Source: an uncultured Prevotellaceae bacterium
Lineage (GTDB): Bacteria > Bacteroidota > Bacteroidia > Bacteroidales > UBA3663
Reading direction: 5' to 3'
DNA length: 64,000 nt
Assembly: GCA_964567855.1 (NCBI GenBank)
Contig: CAZMOE010000003.1
Span: forward strand, 64,622-128,621
Both the position numbers and the translations under genes were made by a program. Below are positions 1-10,196 of the stretch, piece after piece. Each line of letters opens with the position of its first letter. Position 1 is the stretch's first letter. A model generated the notes under the pieces. The model made no database searches, was not told the origin of the DNA, and saw nothing but the letters and a program-made list of their open reading frames with translations.

Positions 1-2
1 TT

Positions 3-572
3 ATGGGACATGGTTTTATCTCTATGTCTCATAATTCATATATAAAAAGAACTATCGAATTGAACTACGTCGACATTTCCATCCTCGTATTCATCGGGAT
101 CGGTGCTATTATGGGACTCATCCGCGGTTTTGTACGCGAAATCATTTCCACTATCGGCATCCTGATTGCCGCTATTGTGGCCAACCTTGTTTCTCCGGTA
201 GCACAACCGTTCTTGGGGAAATGGATCAACGAGGGTACCACCGCCGCAGTCATCGTCTGGGTTATCATCTTCTTTGTAGTACTGTTTTTGCTCAACAAAT
301 TAGGGTTCATACTCAACCGATTACTGCGAGCGATCATGTTAGGAGGGCTTAACAAACTGCTGGGAGGCATCTTCGGCGCTTTAAAATATACGCTGATCGC
401 ATGTCTAATCATCACCCTGCTCGAATTTGCCTGCAGCAAAGTCGATGAGACGGAATTCTCCACCCAAATACGGCAAAGCCGACTGGTTCCTTATATTCAC
501 GATGTGATAAGTTTCATCAGTCCCTATACTCAGGAATATATCATTGCTCCCACCAAGAAACTCCTCTCTTAA
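3..572 (+). CDS. cvpA: CvpA family membrane protein (colicin V production protein-like). The start is uncertain because the ORF opens at the window edge; ATG at 24 is an alternative.
   Basis: 189-aa ORF with 4 hydrophobic segments. The N-terminal pattern (VDISILVFIGIGAIMGLIRGFVREI) is typical of CvpA. Position directly upstream of sufB matches the usual Bacteroidales arrangement. Confidence 0.6.
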   Translation: MGHGFISMSHNSYIKRTIELNYVDISILVFIGIGAIMGLIRGFVREIISTIGILIAAIVANLVSPVAQPFLGKWINEGTTAAVIVWVIIFFVVLFLLNKLGFILNRLLRAIMLGGLNKLLGGIFGALKYTLIACLIITLLEFACSKVDETEFSTQIRQSRLVPYIHDVISFISPYTQEYIIAPTKKLLS

Positions 573-747
573 AAAAGGGTCTTGCCGTACAGAGATTCCG
601 CAGATATGAATTCATCGGAACTTTACACCGGCTGATCCGTTTATCTCACAGAAGAGTGGAAACATTTTCCGGCAAACGGGAGACATGGTGCATGGCTTTT
701 CCAACGTTTCAATTCAATAAAAAACAAACATTTGATGACAAAGTAAT

Positions 748-2247
748 ATGTCAGGCAAATCAGATTATAATACCCCGACAACGGAAACGGCTTCCGAAAA
801 CCTCTTGACCGACATCACACAAAGAGAATACAAGTACGGCTTCACTTCCGATATCGATACGGAGGTCATTCCCGTCGGGCTCAACGAAGAGGTCATCCGA
901 CTCATATCTGCCAAGAAAGGCGAACCGGAATGGATGCTTGACTTCCGTCTCAAAGCCTATCGCCACTGGCTGACACTCCCCGTCCCGACATGGGGACACC
1001 TCAAAATCGCACCCATCGACTACCAATCCATCAGCTATTATGCGGCCCCCAGAAAAAAAGAGGGACCACAAAGTCTCGATGAGGTCGATCCGGAGATCCT
1101 GAAAACCTTTGATAAGCTCGGCATACCGCTACATGAGCGCGAGATGCTGGCAGGCATTCAGGGAGGATCGAACATGGCCGTCGATGCAATCGTGGACAGC
1201 GAGTCACAGAAGACCACCTATAAAGAAAAACTGGCCGAATTGGGCATTATTTTCTGTTCCTTCAACGAGGCGGTCAAGGGCTACCCCGAATTAGTCAGAA
1301 AATATATGGGGCGCGTTGTTCCCTATCAGGATAACTACTATGCCGCCCTCAACAGCGCGGTCTTCAGCGACGGATCCTTCGTCTACATTCCGAAGGGGAT
1401 CCGCTGCCCGATGGAGTTAGCTTCTTACTTCCGCATCAATGCCAGCGGCACGGGACAATTCGAGCGCACCCTCATCATTGCGGATGATGATGCCTACGTC
1501 AGTTACCTCGAAGGCTGCACGGCCCCTATGCGCGATGAAAACCAACTCCATGCCGCCGTCGTGGAAATCTTCATCCACGATCGCGCCGAAGTAAAATATT
1601 CCACCGTACAGAACTGGTTCCCCGGTGACAAGAACGGAAAGGGCGGCGTCTATAACCTCGTGACCAAACGAGCCCTTTGCCAGGGAGATTTTTCGAAAAT
1701 CAGCTGGACCCAAGTAGAAACCGGCTCAGCCATTACCTGGAAATACCCCAGTTGTGTCCTGCGCGGCGACAATTCTCAGGGAGAGTTTTACAGCGTTGCC
1801 GTCACCAATAACTACCAACAGGCCGATACCGGTACGAAAATGATACACCTCGGAAAAAATACCCGCAGCCGCATCATCTCCAAAGGCATCTCCGCCGGAC
1901 ATAGCCAAAACAGCTATCGCGGTCTGGTTAAAGTCGTGCCCGGTGCCGACAACGTGCGCAATTATACCCAATGCGACAGTCTTTTGCTGTCCGACACATG
2001 CGGAGCACATACTTTCCCGGTGATGGATGTCCAGAATCCGACTGCAGTCATCGAACACGAAGCCACGACTTCCAAGATCAACGAAGACCAACTCTTCTAC
2101 TGCAATCAGCGGGGTATCGGCATGGAAGAAGCCGTCGGTCTCATCGTGGGCGGATATGCAAAAGAGGTTGTCAGCAAGCTCCCCATGGAATTTGCGGTCG
2201 AAGCCCAAAAACTGCTTTCCCTAAGCATAGAAAATTCCGTCGGCTAA
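748..2247 (+). CDS. sufB: Fe-S cluster assembly protein SufB
   Basis: 499-aa ORF with an ATG start. SufB-like blocks are present ([44 protein letters not shown]). It is followed by sufC and sufD in canonical order. Confidence 0.95.
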   Translation: MSGKSDYNTPTTETASENLLTDITQREYKYGFTSDIDTEVIPVGLNEEVIRLISAKKGEPEWMLDFRLKAYRHWLTLPVPTWGHLKIAPIDYQSISYYAAPRKKEGPQSLDEVDPEILKTFDKLGIPLHEREMLAGIQGGSNMAVDAIVDSESQKTTYKEKLAELGIIFCSFNEAVKGYPELVRKYMGRVVPYQDNYYAALNSAVFSDGSFVYIPKGIRCPMELASYFRINASGTGQFERTLIIADDDAYVSYLEGCTAPMRDENQLHAAVVEIFIHDRAEVKYSTVQNWFPGDKNGKGGVYNLVTKRALCQGDFSKISWTQVETGSAITWKYPSCVLRGDNSQGEFYSVAVTNNYQQADTGTKMIHLGKNTRSRIISKGISAGHSQNSYRGLVKVVPGADNVRNYTQCDSLLLSDTCGAHTFPVMDVQNPTAVIEHEATTSKINEDQLFYCNQRGIGMEEAVGLIVGGYAKEVVSKLPMEFAVEAQKLLSLSIENSVG

Positions 2248-2283
2248 CATCTTCTGTCAAACCATAAATTCATAACCTGCAAT

Positions 2284-3042
2284 ATGTCTCTCTTAGAAAT
2301 CAAAAACCTGCACGCCAGCGTGGCAGGAAAAGAAATACTCCGAGGCATCGACCTCACCATCAATCCCGGCGAAATCCATGCGGTCATGGGACCCAACGGA
2401 GCCGGCAAAAGCACTCTTTCGGCAATCCTTACCGGCAATCCGGCCTATACGGTCACCGAGGGAAGCATCACCTTCAACGGCAAGGATCTTCTGGCTATGC
2501 CCCCCGAGCAACGTGCCTGGGAAGGTATTTTTCTCAGCTTCCAGTATCCGGTAGAGATTCCCGGCGTTTCCATGGTCAACTTCATGCGGACTGCCATCAA
2601 CGAACACCGGAAATATAACAATCTCCCTGCACTCTCCGCAACCGACTTTCTCAAATTAATGAGAGAAAAGCGTGCAGTTGTCCAACTCGACAACAAATTG
2701 GCCAACCGATCGGTTAACGAAGGCTTCTCCGGTGGCGAAAAAAAGAGAAACGAGATCTTCCAGATGGCTATGCTGGAGCCAAGACTCTCCATTCTCGATG
2801 AAACAGATTCCGGCCTGGATGTCGATGCTCTCCGCATCGTATCGGACGGTGTGAACCGACTCAAATCGGCCGACAACGCGTCCATCATCATCACCCACTA
2901 CAAAAGATTGCTCGACTATCTCCAGCCCCAATTCATTCACGTCGTCTACAAAGGGCGTATCGTGAAAAACGGAGGTCCCGAACTTGCCGAACAGATCGAA
3001 CAACAGGGATACGACTGGATCAAACAGGAAATCGGGGAATAA
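2284..3042 (+). CDS. sufC: Fe-S cluster assembly ATPase SufC
   Basis: 252 aa. Walker A GPNGAGKST, ABC signature FSGGEKKRNEI, Walker B LSILDETDSGLD. Located between sufB and sufD. Confidence 0.95.
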   Translation: MSLLEIKNLHASVAGKEILRGIDLTINPGEIHAVMGPNGAGKSTLSAILTGNPAYTVTEGSITFNGKDLLAMPPEQRAWEGIFLSFQYPVEIPGVSMVNFMRTAINEHRKYNNLPALSATDFLKLMREKRAVVQLDNKLANRSVNEGFSGGEKKRNEIFQMAMLEPRLSILDETDSGLDVDALRIVSDGVNRLKSADNASIIITHYKRLLDYLQPQFIHVVYKGRIVKNGGPELAEQIEQQGYDWIKQEIGE

Positions 3043-3141
3043 AGGCACTCACAATATGAACCGGAAAACGATGCGGCGGCAATTGCCTATGCCATCCATC
3101 TGCTCCGCCTCAAATCCGGCTTCTTAATCCACAAAAGAAAT

Positions 3142-4485
3142 ATGTCATCTGCGGCAAAACAATATATCGACCTGTACAAAGACAACCGCGACCTCATTTG
3201 CGAAAACAGCACCGGGGTCATGAACGCGGCACGAGAACAGGCATTAAACACCCTCTCGACCGCCGGAATCGAAAAAAGTAAGGATTTTACCGCTACCGAT
3301 CCGGTGAAAATGCTGTCTCCCGACTATTCGCTGAACCTCCACCGCTATGAGATCCCATTGCGGCGCGAGCAGTTGTTCACATGTTCCGTACCGAATCTCA
3401 GCACCGAACTCCACTATCTCGTCAACGAGCAGTACGTAGCGGTTTCTGCGGCGCAGCAAAGTTTCTTTGCGGGCAGTATGCAAGCATTTGCCTCCACCTA
3501 TCCGTCTCTGGCCCAGCAATATTACAACCGCCTGGCAAAACAGGAGACATCTCCATGCTCTTTAGGAGAATCGGCTCTCAACACACTGCTGGCACAGGAC
3601 GGATTCGTACTATACATTCCCGACGGAGAAGTTCATGAGAAACCGATACAGCTCATCAGCCTGCTGCGAAGCGTCGAGGACTTCATGGCCTGCCAGAGAT
3701 TACTGATCATTATTGGCAACAAGGCCAAGGCCACCCTCCTGCTCTGTGATCACAGCAGCGAAAACTCAGCCCGACTGCTCAACCTGCAGACGGTTGAGAT
3801 CTTCGTCGGTGAAGATTCCTCGTTCGATTTCTACGAGCTGGAAGAAAACAGCAGCAATGTGTACCGCCTCGGACAGATCTACATGAACCAGAAAGCAAGA
3901 AGCAACACCGCGCTCGGCCTGTTCTCCCTCACCGTAGGACAGACGCGCAACCGCTGCAATATCACCCTCGACGGAGAAGGTGCGAAAACCCAGCTTTTCG
4001 GCATGATCATTGCCGACGGCAAGCAACAGGTAGACAATCTCACATTTATCGACCACAAATATCCCGGCTGCACCTCAAACGAACTCTTCAAATATGTCCT
4101 CGACGATGAGGCGCAGGGCGGTTTCATCGGGCGCATCCTCGTACGAGAGGGGGCGATCAAAACCGAAGCCTATCAAACAGACCGCAACTTGTGTCTGACC
4201 GATAAAGCACGCATGATGGCGCGACCGGAACTGGAGATATATGCCGACGACGTAAAGTGTTCACATGGAGCCACCGTCGGGCAGCTGGATGCCAACGCGC
4301 TTTACTATATGCGGACACGCGGCATCCCGGAATCAGAAGCGCGACTGCTGCTTATGTTCGCATTTATGGGTGACGTCATCGACCTGGTGCGTCTTGAACC
4401 GTTGAGGGACCGGCTTAAACAACTTGTCGAGAAACGGTTCCGTGGGGAGCTGTCCCAATGCAACAGCTGCAAAATCAAACGATAA
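3142..4485 (+). CDS. sufD: Fe-S cluster assembly protein SufD
   Basis: 447 aa. C-terminal SufBD-type region (VKCSHGATVGQLD, LYYMRTRGI). Third gene of the sufBCD order. Confidence 0.9.
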   Translation: MSSAAKQYIDLYKDNRDLICENSTGVMNAAREQALNTLSTAGIEKSKDFTATDPVKMLSPDYSLNLHRYEIPLRREQLFTCSVPNLSTELHYLVNEQYVAVSAAQQSFFAGSMQAFASTYPSLAQQYYNRLAKQETSPCSLGESALNTLLAQDGFVLYIPDGEVHEKPIQLISLLRSVEDFMACQRLLIIIGNKAKATLLLCDHSSENSARLLNLQTVEIFVGEDSSFDFYELEENSSNVYRLGQIYMNQKARSNTALGLFSLTVGQTRNRCNITLDGEGAKTQLFGMIIADGKQQVDNLTFIDHKYPGCTSNELFKYVLDDEAQGGFIGRILVREGAIKTEAYQTDRNLCLTDKARMMARPELEIYADDVKCSHGATVGQLDANALYYMRTRGIPESEARLLLMFAFMGDVIDLVRLEPLRDRLKQLVEKRFRGELSQCNSCKIKR

Positions 4486-4498
4486 AAGAAACCGCCAC

Positions 4499-5617
4499 AT
4501 GAAAAGTCCTGCAGCTCTTTTGCCTCTCTTAACGGCCCTTCTTATGACCGTTGCGGCCAGCAGTCTGCTTTCCGCCTGCGGCGAAACAGACGGACCATTA
4601 CCCGGCGAACAATTCTCGCCTTACAACCGGCTCGTCAAAAGCTATACGAACCTTGTCAATATCCGGTATGCAGGAGAAGAGGTCTACGTTTCAGGACCCG
4701 GCAAAGACTTTATCACGGCAGAAACCGATAGCGACCGCCCTGCCCGTCTCACCATCCGGTCGGAGGCCGACGGGATCGCCTTTTTCGTCTACGGAAAAAC
4801 ATTGGACGGGCAACTGAAAATCTACAGCACGCGGTCATACGCCCTATACCTCAACAATGCGGTCATCAGCAGTTCCGAGGGCGCGGTCATCGACAGCCAA
4901 TGCGACGAAACCTGCTATCTGGTGCTTTGCAACAACAGCAAGAACGTATTGAGCGACAGCCCGGAATATCCGATACATTATGACGCAGAGGGGATGATAG
5001 AAGAAAACAATGCGTGCTTCTACACGCGGGGAAGACTTATTTTCGACGGCACCGGCACCCTAAACATTGAAAGTTCCGGCACCGCCCGTTTCGAGCCGAC
5101 GATCGGCGATACGATGTACATACATGGCATCAGCGCATCGGGTGGGATAGAAACGCCTTACGACGTGAAACTTAACATTTCGGCTGCCGGCGGCGATGCA
5201 CTCCATGCGGAAGATTCTACCGTGTATCTTGTCAAAGGGACATTCAATCTCACTGCCGCCCGCCACGCAATCTGCAACACCGCCGGAAACGTCATCATAG
5301 AGGAAGGGACCCTTTACGGAACGGCATCTCACGGCAAATTCATCTCCGCTCCGGCCGGACATGGTCTGGCCGTCGAAGAGGGCCTTTGTTTCGGAGCGTC
5401 GGCACAGGCTTCGGATCTCTATCCTGCATCGCGGCAACATCTCTGGCAATATCGGACCGACACCGTCCGGCTTCAGCCCGACGCAGCAATCAGCGCCTAC
5501 ATCGGCCGTACCAAAATCGCCACCCTAACACCGTTGTCAGCCGACATTCCGGAGAATCCGTATCTATTGCTGTCATCACCCGCGCTGAAAGAAGGCGACG
5601 AGGTGACATTCCAATAG
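4499..5617 (+). CDS. Lipoprotein, probable beta-helix carbohydrate-binding domain protein (Cthe_2159-like)
   Basis: The start was moved from the ORF-track position 4424, which overlaps sufD, to ATG 4499. The resulting N-terminus MKSPAALLPLLTALLMTVAASSLLSAC is a lipoprotein signal with a lipobox Cys. The body has repetitive short beta-strand/Gly turns (NIESSGTA, ISASGGIE, ISAAGGDA). The family is assigned from memory only. Confidence 0.5.
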   Translation: MKSPAALLPLLTALLMTVAASSLLSACGETDGPLPGEQFSPYNRLVKSYTNLVNIRYAGEEVYVSGPGKDFITAETDSDRPARLTIRSEADGIAFFVYGKTLDGQLKIYSTRSYALYLNNAVISSSEGAVIDSQCDETCYLVLCNNSKNVLSDSPEYPIHYDAEGMIEENNACFYTRGRLIFDGTGTLNIESSGTARFEPTIGDTMYIHGISASGGIETPYDVKLNISAAGGDALHAEDSTVYLVKGTFNLTAARHAICNTAGNVIIEEGTLYGTASHGKFISAPAGHGLAVEEGLCFGASAQASDLYPASRQHLWQYRTDTVRLQPDAAISAYIGRTKIATLTPLSADIPENPYLLLSSPALKEGDEVTFQ

Positions 5618-5642
5618 CCTCTTCCATCCTGGCGAATCCCGA

Positions 5643-5688
5643 AAAAACGGGTCTCTTCCGACGACAATCGTCCAAGAGGCCCGTTTTT
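5643..5688. terminator. Bidirectional intrinsic terminator between convergent genes
   Basis: AAAAACGGGTCTCTT (5643-5657) pairs with AAGAGGCCCGTTTTT (5674-5688) with one G-U. There is an inner GACG/CGTC stem. A-run and T-run flanks allow function on both strands. Confidence 0.65.
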
Positions 5689-5723
5689 CACATCTCATAT
5701 ACGGAAGGTATCCCTTCTATCGT

Positions 5724-7178
5724 TTATTCTTTCTTATTTTCTGAAATCAGCAGCAATTTATCGCCCTCGCGAAGATGCAATGAGCCGTTGGGGACCAGAA
5801 ATTCCCCGTCGCGCTTCACGATCATCACCAGCGTACCTTGCGGCAGATTCAGATCTTTCAGCGTCTCCCCCCGGGTGAGCATGGCCGGCGTCACGGTCAC
5901 ATCCGTCAAATTACTGTCAATCTCCTCCGGCAATTCGACGCCGAAGTCATTACCGGTTTTCTGCAACGGCTCGGAAAGATTAAGCAGCTTTGCGGCATGA
6001 GGAATCGTCGTCCCTTGCACGATCAGCGACAAAATAGTAATGAAAAAAACAATATTGAACAGCTGACCGCTCCCCTCTACCCCGGCCACTACCGGATAGG
6101 TTGCAAAAATGATGGGCACCGCACCACGCAAGCCTACCCACGAAACAAACAGCTTCGATTTCCCCGTCATCTTGCGGAAAGGCAACAGACAGAGCCATAC
6201 TGCCACGGGACGACCCACCACAATCATAAAACATCCGATCAGCAACGCAACGATCGACACATCCAGCATTTCATGCGGATTCACCAGCAACCCTAACACA
6301 AGGAACATGATAATCTGGAAAAGCCAGGTCAATCCATCCATAAAGGTCGTGACCTCACGACGGTGCGCCATTTTATTATTTCCCACTACAATACCGCAGA
6401 TATAGACCGCCAGATAGCCGTTACCATTCAAAAGCCCCGTGACAGAGAACGTCAGGAAGCCCATAGCAAGCAACAGGATCGGATAAAGCGACGAATTGTC
6501 AATATTCAGCCGGTTCATCATCAAAACAGAGAGCCTGCCGAAAGCATAACCTACCGCACCGCCTACGACAAACTGCACCGCCAGCATGGTCAGCACCTCC
6601 ATTACCGAGCTTCCGTCCGCCTGCAACACACCAATGAGCACAATGGTAAGCAAATAGGCCATCGGATCGTTACTACCGCTTTCCAATTCAAGCATCGGAC
6701 GTAAGTTATGCTTCAGATTCATCTTCTGCGAACGCAGAATAGCAAAAACCGAAGCCGAATCGGTAGAAGACATCGTGGCGGCCAACAGCATGGAAGGTAT
6801 CAAGGCAAAATGAATATTGGTCCATGGCAAATCGGAGACAAACCACACAAAAAGCCCTGTCATAATGGTGGTCAGAAAGACTCCTAAGGTAGAAAGGACA
6901 ATACCGGGGGCCATCACTGGCCGGATATCCGACAATTTGGTATCCATACCGCCGGAAAACAGAATGACACACAAGGCCACCATGCCGATAAACTGTGCCG
7001 TAGACACACTATCAAACTGCAGCCCCAGGCCATCGCTTCCGAACCCCATTCCAACCAGCAAAAAAAGCAGCAAAGCAGGTACTCCGAAACGATAGCCGGT
7101 TTTCTGGACAACGATACCGGCCACCAACAGGATAGAGCCGACAAGCAAAACATTTTCCGAAGTAAAACTAATATCCAT
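5724..7178 (-). CDS. K+/H+ antiporter, NhaP2/CvrA-type (CPA1) with a C-terminal TrkA_C domain
   Basis: The start was trimmed to ATG at 7178 (MDISFTSENVLLVGSILLVAG). The N-terminal extension in the ORF track runs through the predicted promoter. The protein has multiple TM helices, GMGFGSDGLG and ILFSGGMDT blocks, and a C-terminal TrkA_C-like tail (LVMIVKRDGEFLVPNGSLHLREGDKLLLI). Confidence 0.85.
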   Translation of the reverse strand: MDISFTSENVLLVGSILLVAGIVVQKTGYRFGVPALLLFLLVGMGFGSDGLGLQFDSVSTAQFIGMVALCVILFSGGMDTKLSDIRPVMAPGIVLSTLGVFLTTIMTGLFVWFVSDLPWTNIHFALIPSMLLAATMSSTDSASVFAILRSQKMNLKHNLRPMLELESGSNDPMAYLLTIVLIGVLQADGSSVMEVLTMLAVQFVVGGAVGYAFGRLSVLMMNRLNIDNSSLYPILLLAMGFLTFSVTGLLNGNGYLAVYICGIVVGNNKMAHRREVTTFMDGLTWLFQIIMFLVLGLLVNPHEMLDVSIVALLIGCFMIVVGRPVAVWLCLLPFRKMTGKSKLFVSWVGLRGAVPIIFATYPVVAGVEGSGQLFNIVFFITILSLIVQGTTIPHAAKLLNLSEPLQKTGNDFGVELPEEIDSNLTDVTVTPAMLTRGETLKDLNLPQGTLVMIVKRDGEFLVPNGSLHLREGDKLLLISENKKE

Positions 7179-7225
7179 AAAAGCAAATCTTTCTAAAAAA
7201 CAAGTTCTTCCTATTAAAAACGCTA

Positions 7226-7256
7226 CAAAGTTAATAATTACCCGGCGTGAAACAAA
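7226..7256 (-). promoter_or_regulatory. Bacteroidota sigma-A type promoter for the antiporter gene
   Basis: On the minus strand, TTTG (7256-7253), a 19-nt spacer, then TAACTTTG (7233-7226). This lies about 45 nt upstream of ATG 7178. Confidence 0.6.
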
Positions 7257-7421
7257 ATAAATGATTGTTTTACTCACAAAAAAACTTAACAAAACGGTTT
7301 CCGAATCACTTCAGTAGGATAGAGAAAGAGCGGAAAAAGTATCAGCAAAAGAAATTTATTCACAATCGTTACCATGCTACAGCTATATACCGTAATTCAG
7401 AATATTTCCTCTGTCCGAAAC

Positions 7422-7452
7422 TTTGTCATCTGATGAAAAATTAATATATTTG
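7422..7452 (+). promoter_or_regulatory. Bacteroidota sigma-A type promoter for the pectate lyase gene
   Basis: TTTG (7422-7425), a 19-nt spacer, then TATATTTG (7445-7452). This places the ORF-track start (7423) inside the promoter and supports ATG 7510. Confidence 0.6.
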
Positions 7453-7509
7453 GCCGGAATTTCATTATTGGAACTCATTCCGCACCCATTTTTTATACCC
7501 TCGATTATT

Positions 7510-9135
7510 ATGCGATCAACATTCAGTTTCACCTGGTCATTACCGATAACGCTATTGTTCCTGTCTCTATTTCAGATAAGCCCGACAATGGCCCAATACC
7601 CCACCATCCCCGACTCGGTAAAACAGCGGGGTGCAGCTATGGCGGCCGCCTGGGATAGTTTGGACCAACTTGCCTGGCAAAAAGCCGTTCCCGTGGTGAT
7701 GGAAGAGATGCTCAGAGGCAAGCCGTTCGTTCCGTGGGCGGCGGAGCCACGGGACCTAAAGCAGGCGGCGATTCCCGCGTTCCCGGGAGCGGAAGGCGGA
7801 GGCATGTATGCCTTCGGCGGACGCGGCGGAAAGGTATTCATCGTCTCATCGCTGGCCGACAGCGGGCCGGGAACACTGCGTGAGGCATGTGAGGCGGGCG
7901 GCGCACGCATTGTGGTCTTCAACATAGCAGGTGAGATCCATCTGGAGCGGCCGATACATGTAGTCGCACCCTACATAACCATCGCCGGACAGACGGCACC
8001 GGGCGACGGCGTGGTGCTGACCGGCCAATCGTTACTGATAGATACTCATGACGTCATAGTCCGTTACATGCGTTTCCGGCGCGGGGCCATGGACGTGGCA
8101 TTCCGCGACGACGCCATGGGAGGCAACGGCATCGGCAATATCATTTATGACCACTGCTCCGCTTCGTGGGGACTGGATGAGGTCATGTCCATGTACCGGC
8201 ATGTCTACAACCGACGGACCGACGGACATTACGACAAACTGCCGACCGTAAACATCACCATCCAGGACTGTATCTTCGCCGAAGGGCTCGATCTCTACAA
8301 CCATGCTTTCGGCGCCTCCATCGGCGGACATAATACTCTGTTCGCCCGCAATCTGTTCGCTTCCAATATTTCCCGAAATCCCTCGGTAGCCATGGACGGC
8401 GACTTCAATTTTGTAAACAATGTCATCTTCAACTGGTGGAACCGTACCATAGACGGCGGAGACGATAACAGCTTTTATAACATCATCAATAATTATTTCA
8501 AACCGGGTCCCATCACCCCGAAAGGCAAAAGCATATCTTACCGGATCATCAAACCTGAGGCTTCACGCGACAAAACACGGCCGCATGACTTCGGCAAAGC
8601 ATTTGTCGACGGCAACATCGTCGAGGGAAACGAAAAAGTGACCGCTGACAACTGGGCCGGTGGTGTACAGCCGGCCGGCATCGAGGGAGAACAGGCCATC
8701 CGCGACACATTACAGGTCAAAGCCCCTTTTCCCATGCCATACATTTCCCGAATTCTCGGCGCACAGGAGGCGTACCGGTACGTCCTGGAAAATGTAGGCG
8801 CCACCAAACCTCGCCGTGACGCCGTAGATGCACGCATCATCGGCTCCGTCCTTACAGGCAATTCCTCGCATACCGATACGGCAACGCCCCACGTTTCACC
8901 TTACGTCAAACGTCGTCTGCCCGATGACTCTTACAAACAAGGCATCATCACCGATCCGCAACAGGTGGGCGGCCTGCCCCGATATACCGGCACCCCATAC
9001 CAAGATGAAGATCACGACGGAATCCCTGACGATTGGGAGCGCGCCCACGGTCTCGACCCGACAGATCCTGCAGACGCCGCCCGAATACGGGAAGACGGAT
9101 ACATGAATATCGAATGGTACTTCAATTCCTTATGA
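7510..9135 (+). CDS. Pectate lyase, polysaccharide lyase family 1-like, secreted
   Basis: Signal peptide MRSTFSFTWSLPITLLFLSLFQISPTMAQ. PL1-type N-terminal core FPGAEGGGMYAFGGRGGKVFIVSSLADSGPGTLREA...IVVFNIAGEI...ITIAGQTAPGDGV...VIVRYMRFRRG. C-terminal Ca-binding-like DEDHDGIPDDWE motif. Confidence 0.85.
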   Translation: MRSTFSFTWSLPITLLFLSLFQISPTMAQYPTIPDSVKQRGAAMAAAWDSLDQLAWQKAVPVVMEEMLRGKPFVPWAAEPRDLKQAAIPAFPGAEGGGMYAFGGRGGKVFIVSSLADSGPGTLREACEAGGARIVVFNIAGEIHLERPIHVVAPYITIAGQTAPGDGVVLTGQSLLIDTHDVIVRYMRFRRGAMDVAFRDDAMGGNGIGNIIYDHCSASWGLDEVMSMYRHVYNRRTDGHYDKLPTVNITIQDCIFAEGLDLYNHAFGASIGGHNTLFARNLFASNISRNPSVAMDGDFNFVNNVIFNWWNRTIDGGDDNSFYNIINNYFKPGPITPKGKSISYRIIKPEASRDKTRPHDFGKAFVDGNIVEGNEKVTADNWAGGVQPAGIEGEQAIRDTLQVKAPFPMPYISRILGAQEAYRYVLENVGATKPRRDAVDARIIGSVLTGNSSHTDTATPHVSPYVKRRLPDDSYKQGIITDPQQVGGLPRYTGTPYQDEDHDGIPDDWERAHGLDPTDPADAARIREDGYMNIEWYFNSL

Positions 9136-9463
9136 TCGATATAGCAAACATATCACTATTCTTTCAACAGGAGAAATACCTCTGACAGCCATCGATTTCC
9201 TTACAATGATCCGGATCGGCATCTTTAGGAATAGTTTCCCCCTTACGAAATATATTGTGAGCGATACATGTCTGATTGTATCGCTCACTTCCGTTATGAA
9301 TCGCACCGACATTATTCGGAAAATCCACAAATTGAACCGGGTCTCCATAAAGATAAAAGAAAAACATGCCGAATAAAAAATTCAGCCGGCACTATCCGAA
9401 CCGAAAGAACCAGCCGAACCAAATTTCTTTCCATTTGTTACATATAATCAAAAAGCGTAAATT

Positions 9464-9748
9464 ATGAAAAATATCCTCTTTCTGTGTGCCGTCCTATTCA
9501 TGCTCGGCTCCTGCAATTCTCAGAATGACAAAAAGGACAACGCCACTCCAGGCGAAAAAATAGATAATATTATGGAAAGTAACAAAGTACAAAATGCGAA
9601 AGAAAAAGTCAACGATGCTCTCAACAACGCCAAAGAAGGCGCCGCAGAGGTCATTGACACAGTGAAAACCGCGGCTAAAGAGGCTGCCGACAAAGTAAAG
9701 GAAGGCGCACAGAAAGCCAAAGAAAAAGTCAACGACCTCACCAAATGA
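9464..9748 (+). CDS. Small K/E/A-rich lipoprotein (YtxH/LEA-like), function unknown
   Basis: 94 aa. Lipoprotein signal MKNILFLCAVLFMLGSC. The helical low-complexity body contains a duplicated AKEKVND motif. Confidence 0.6.
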   Translation: MKNILFLCAVLFMLGSCNSQNDKKDNATPGEKIDNIMESNKVQNAKEKVNDALNNAKEGAAEVIDTVKTAAKEAADKVKEGAQKAKEKVNDLTK

Positions 9749-9783
9749 CCGGCCCGAAAAGAGACGGCCGAAAAGGGAATGAA

Positions 9784-9819
9784 ATCACTTCAGGAGATTT
9801 TTTCTTCTCCTGAAGTGAT
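9784..9819 (+). terminator. Perfect 14-bp hairpin downstream of the small lipoprotein gene (possible terminator)
   Basis: ATCACTTCAGGAGA (9784-9797) pairs with TCTCCTGAAGTGAT (9806-9819). The loop is T-rich and there is no clear 3' U-tract. Confidence 0.4.
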
Positions 9820-10032
9820 CGTAAGGAGCCCGTACCGCCAGACAAGATCCGCCACAGCAACCGCCACCGACATTACACGTCAAACAGCAAAACATCATCA
9901 CCCGTATTCAACGGCCGAAAAAGCGTCGGCCAGCCGTTCCCCGGAACAAAGAAGTCGTTCCCATCTCCAAAAACAAGACACATTTGGACAATAAACCCTA
10001 ACAAGGAGAGAAAAACCGGCTTCCCTGCTCCA

Positions 10033-10058
10033 TTTGTCAAAGAAATAGAGTATCTTTG
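10033..10058 (+). promoter_or_regulatory. Candidate promoter for glyQS
   Basis: Strong -7 box TATCTTTG (10051-10058). The upstream TTTG (10033-10036) sits at a sub-optimal 14-nt spacing. Confidence 0.45.
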
Positions 10059-10196
10059 CTCCCATAAACGGTCTGCACAATCCGCCGCGGCAGACAAGTG
10101 GCGGCATTACGGCCTGTTATACGGTCAGCCTTACGGACTTTGTCTCCCAGCCGTTTGTAGTTGAAGCAAACACAAAATAAAAATATCGATAATAAA

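Noticed and set aside
4424-4498. N-terminal extensions given by the ORF track at 4424, 7292, 7423, 10161, 11588, 24536, 35987, 39115, 40085, 34737 and 46897
   Set aside because: The extensions overlap upstream genes or predicted promoters, or begin at TTG. In each case an internal ATG yields a canonical signal peptide or the conserved N-terminus. Starts were trimmed accordingly.
9164-9367. 67-aa minus-strand ORF (and overlapping 72-aa ORF) between the pectate lyase and the small lipoprotein gene, with faint beta-helix-like IAHNIF sequence
   Set aside because: It is too short, has no promoter or RBS context, and I cannot tie it to a family. It may be a gene remnant but is not supportable as a feature.
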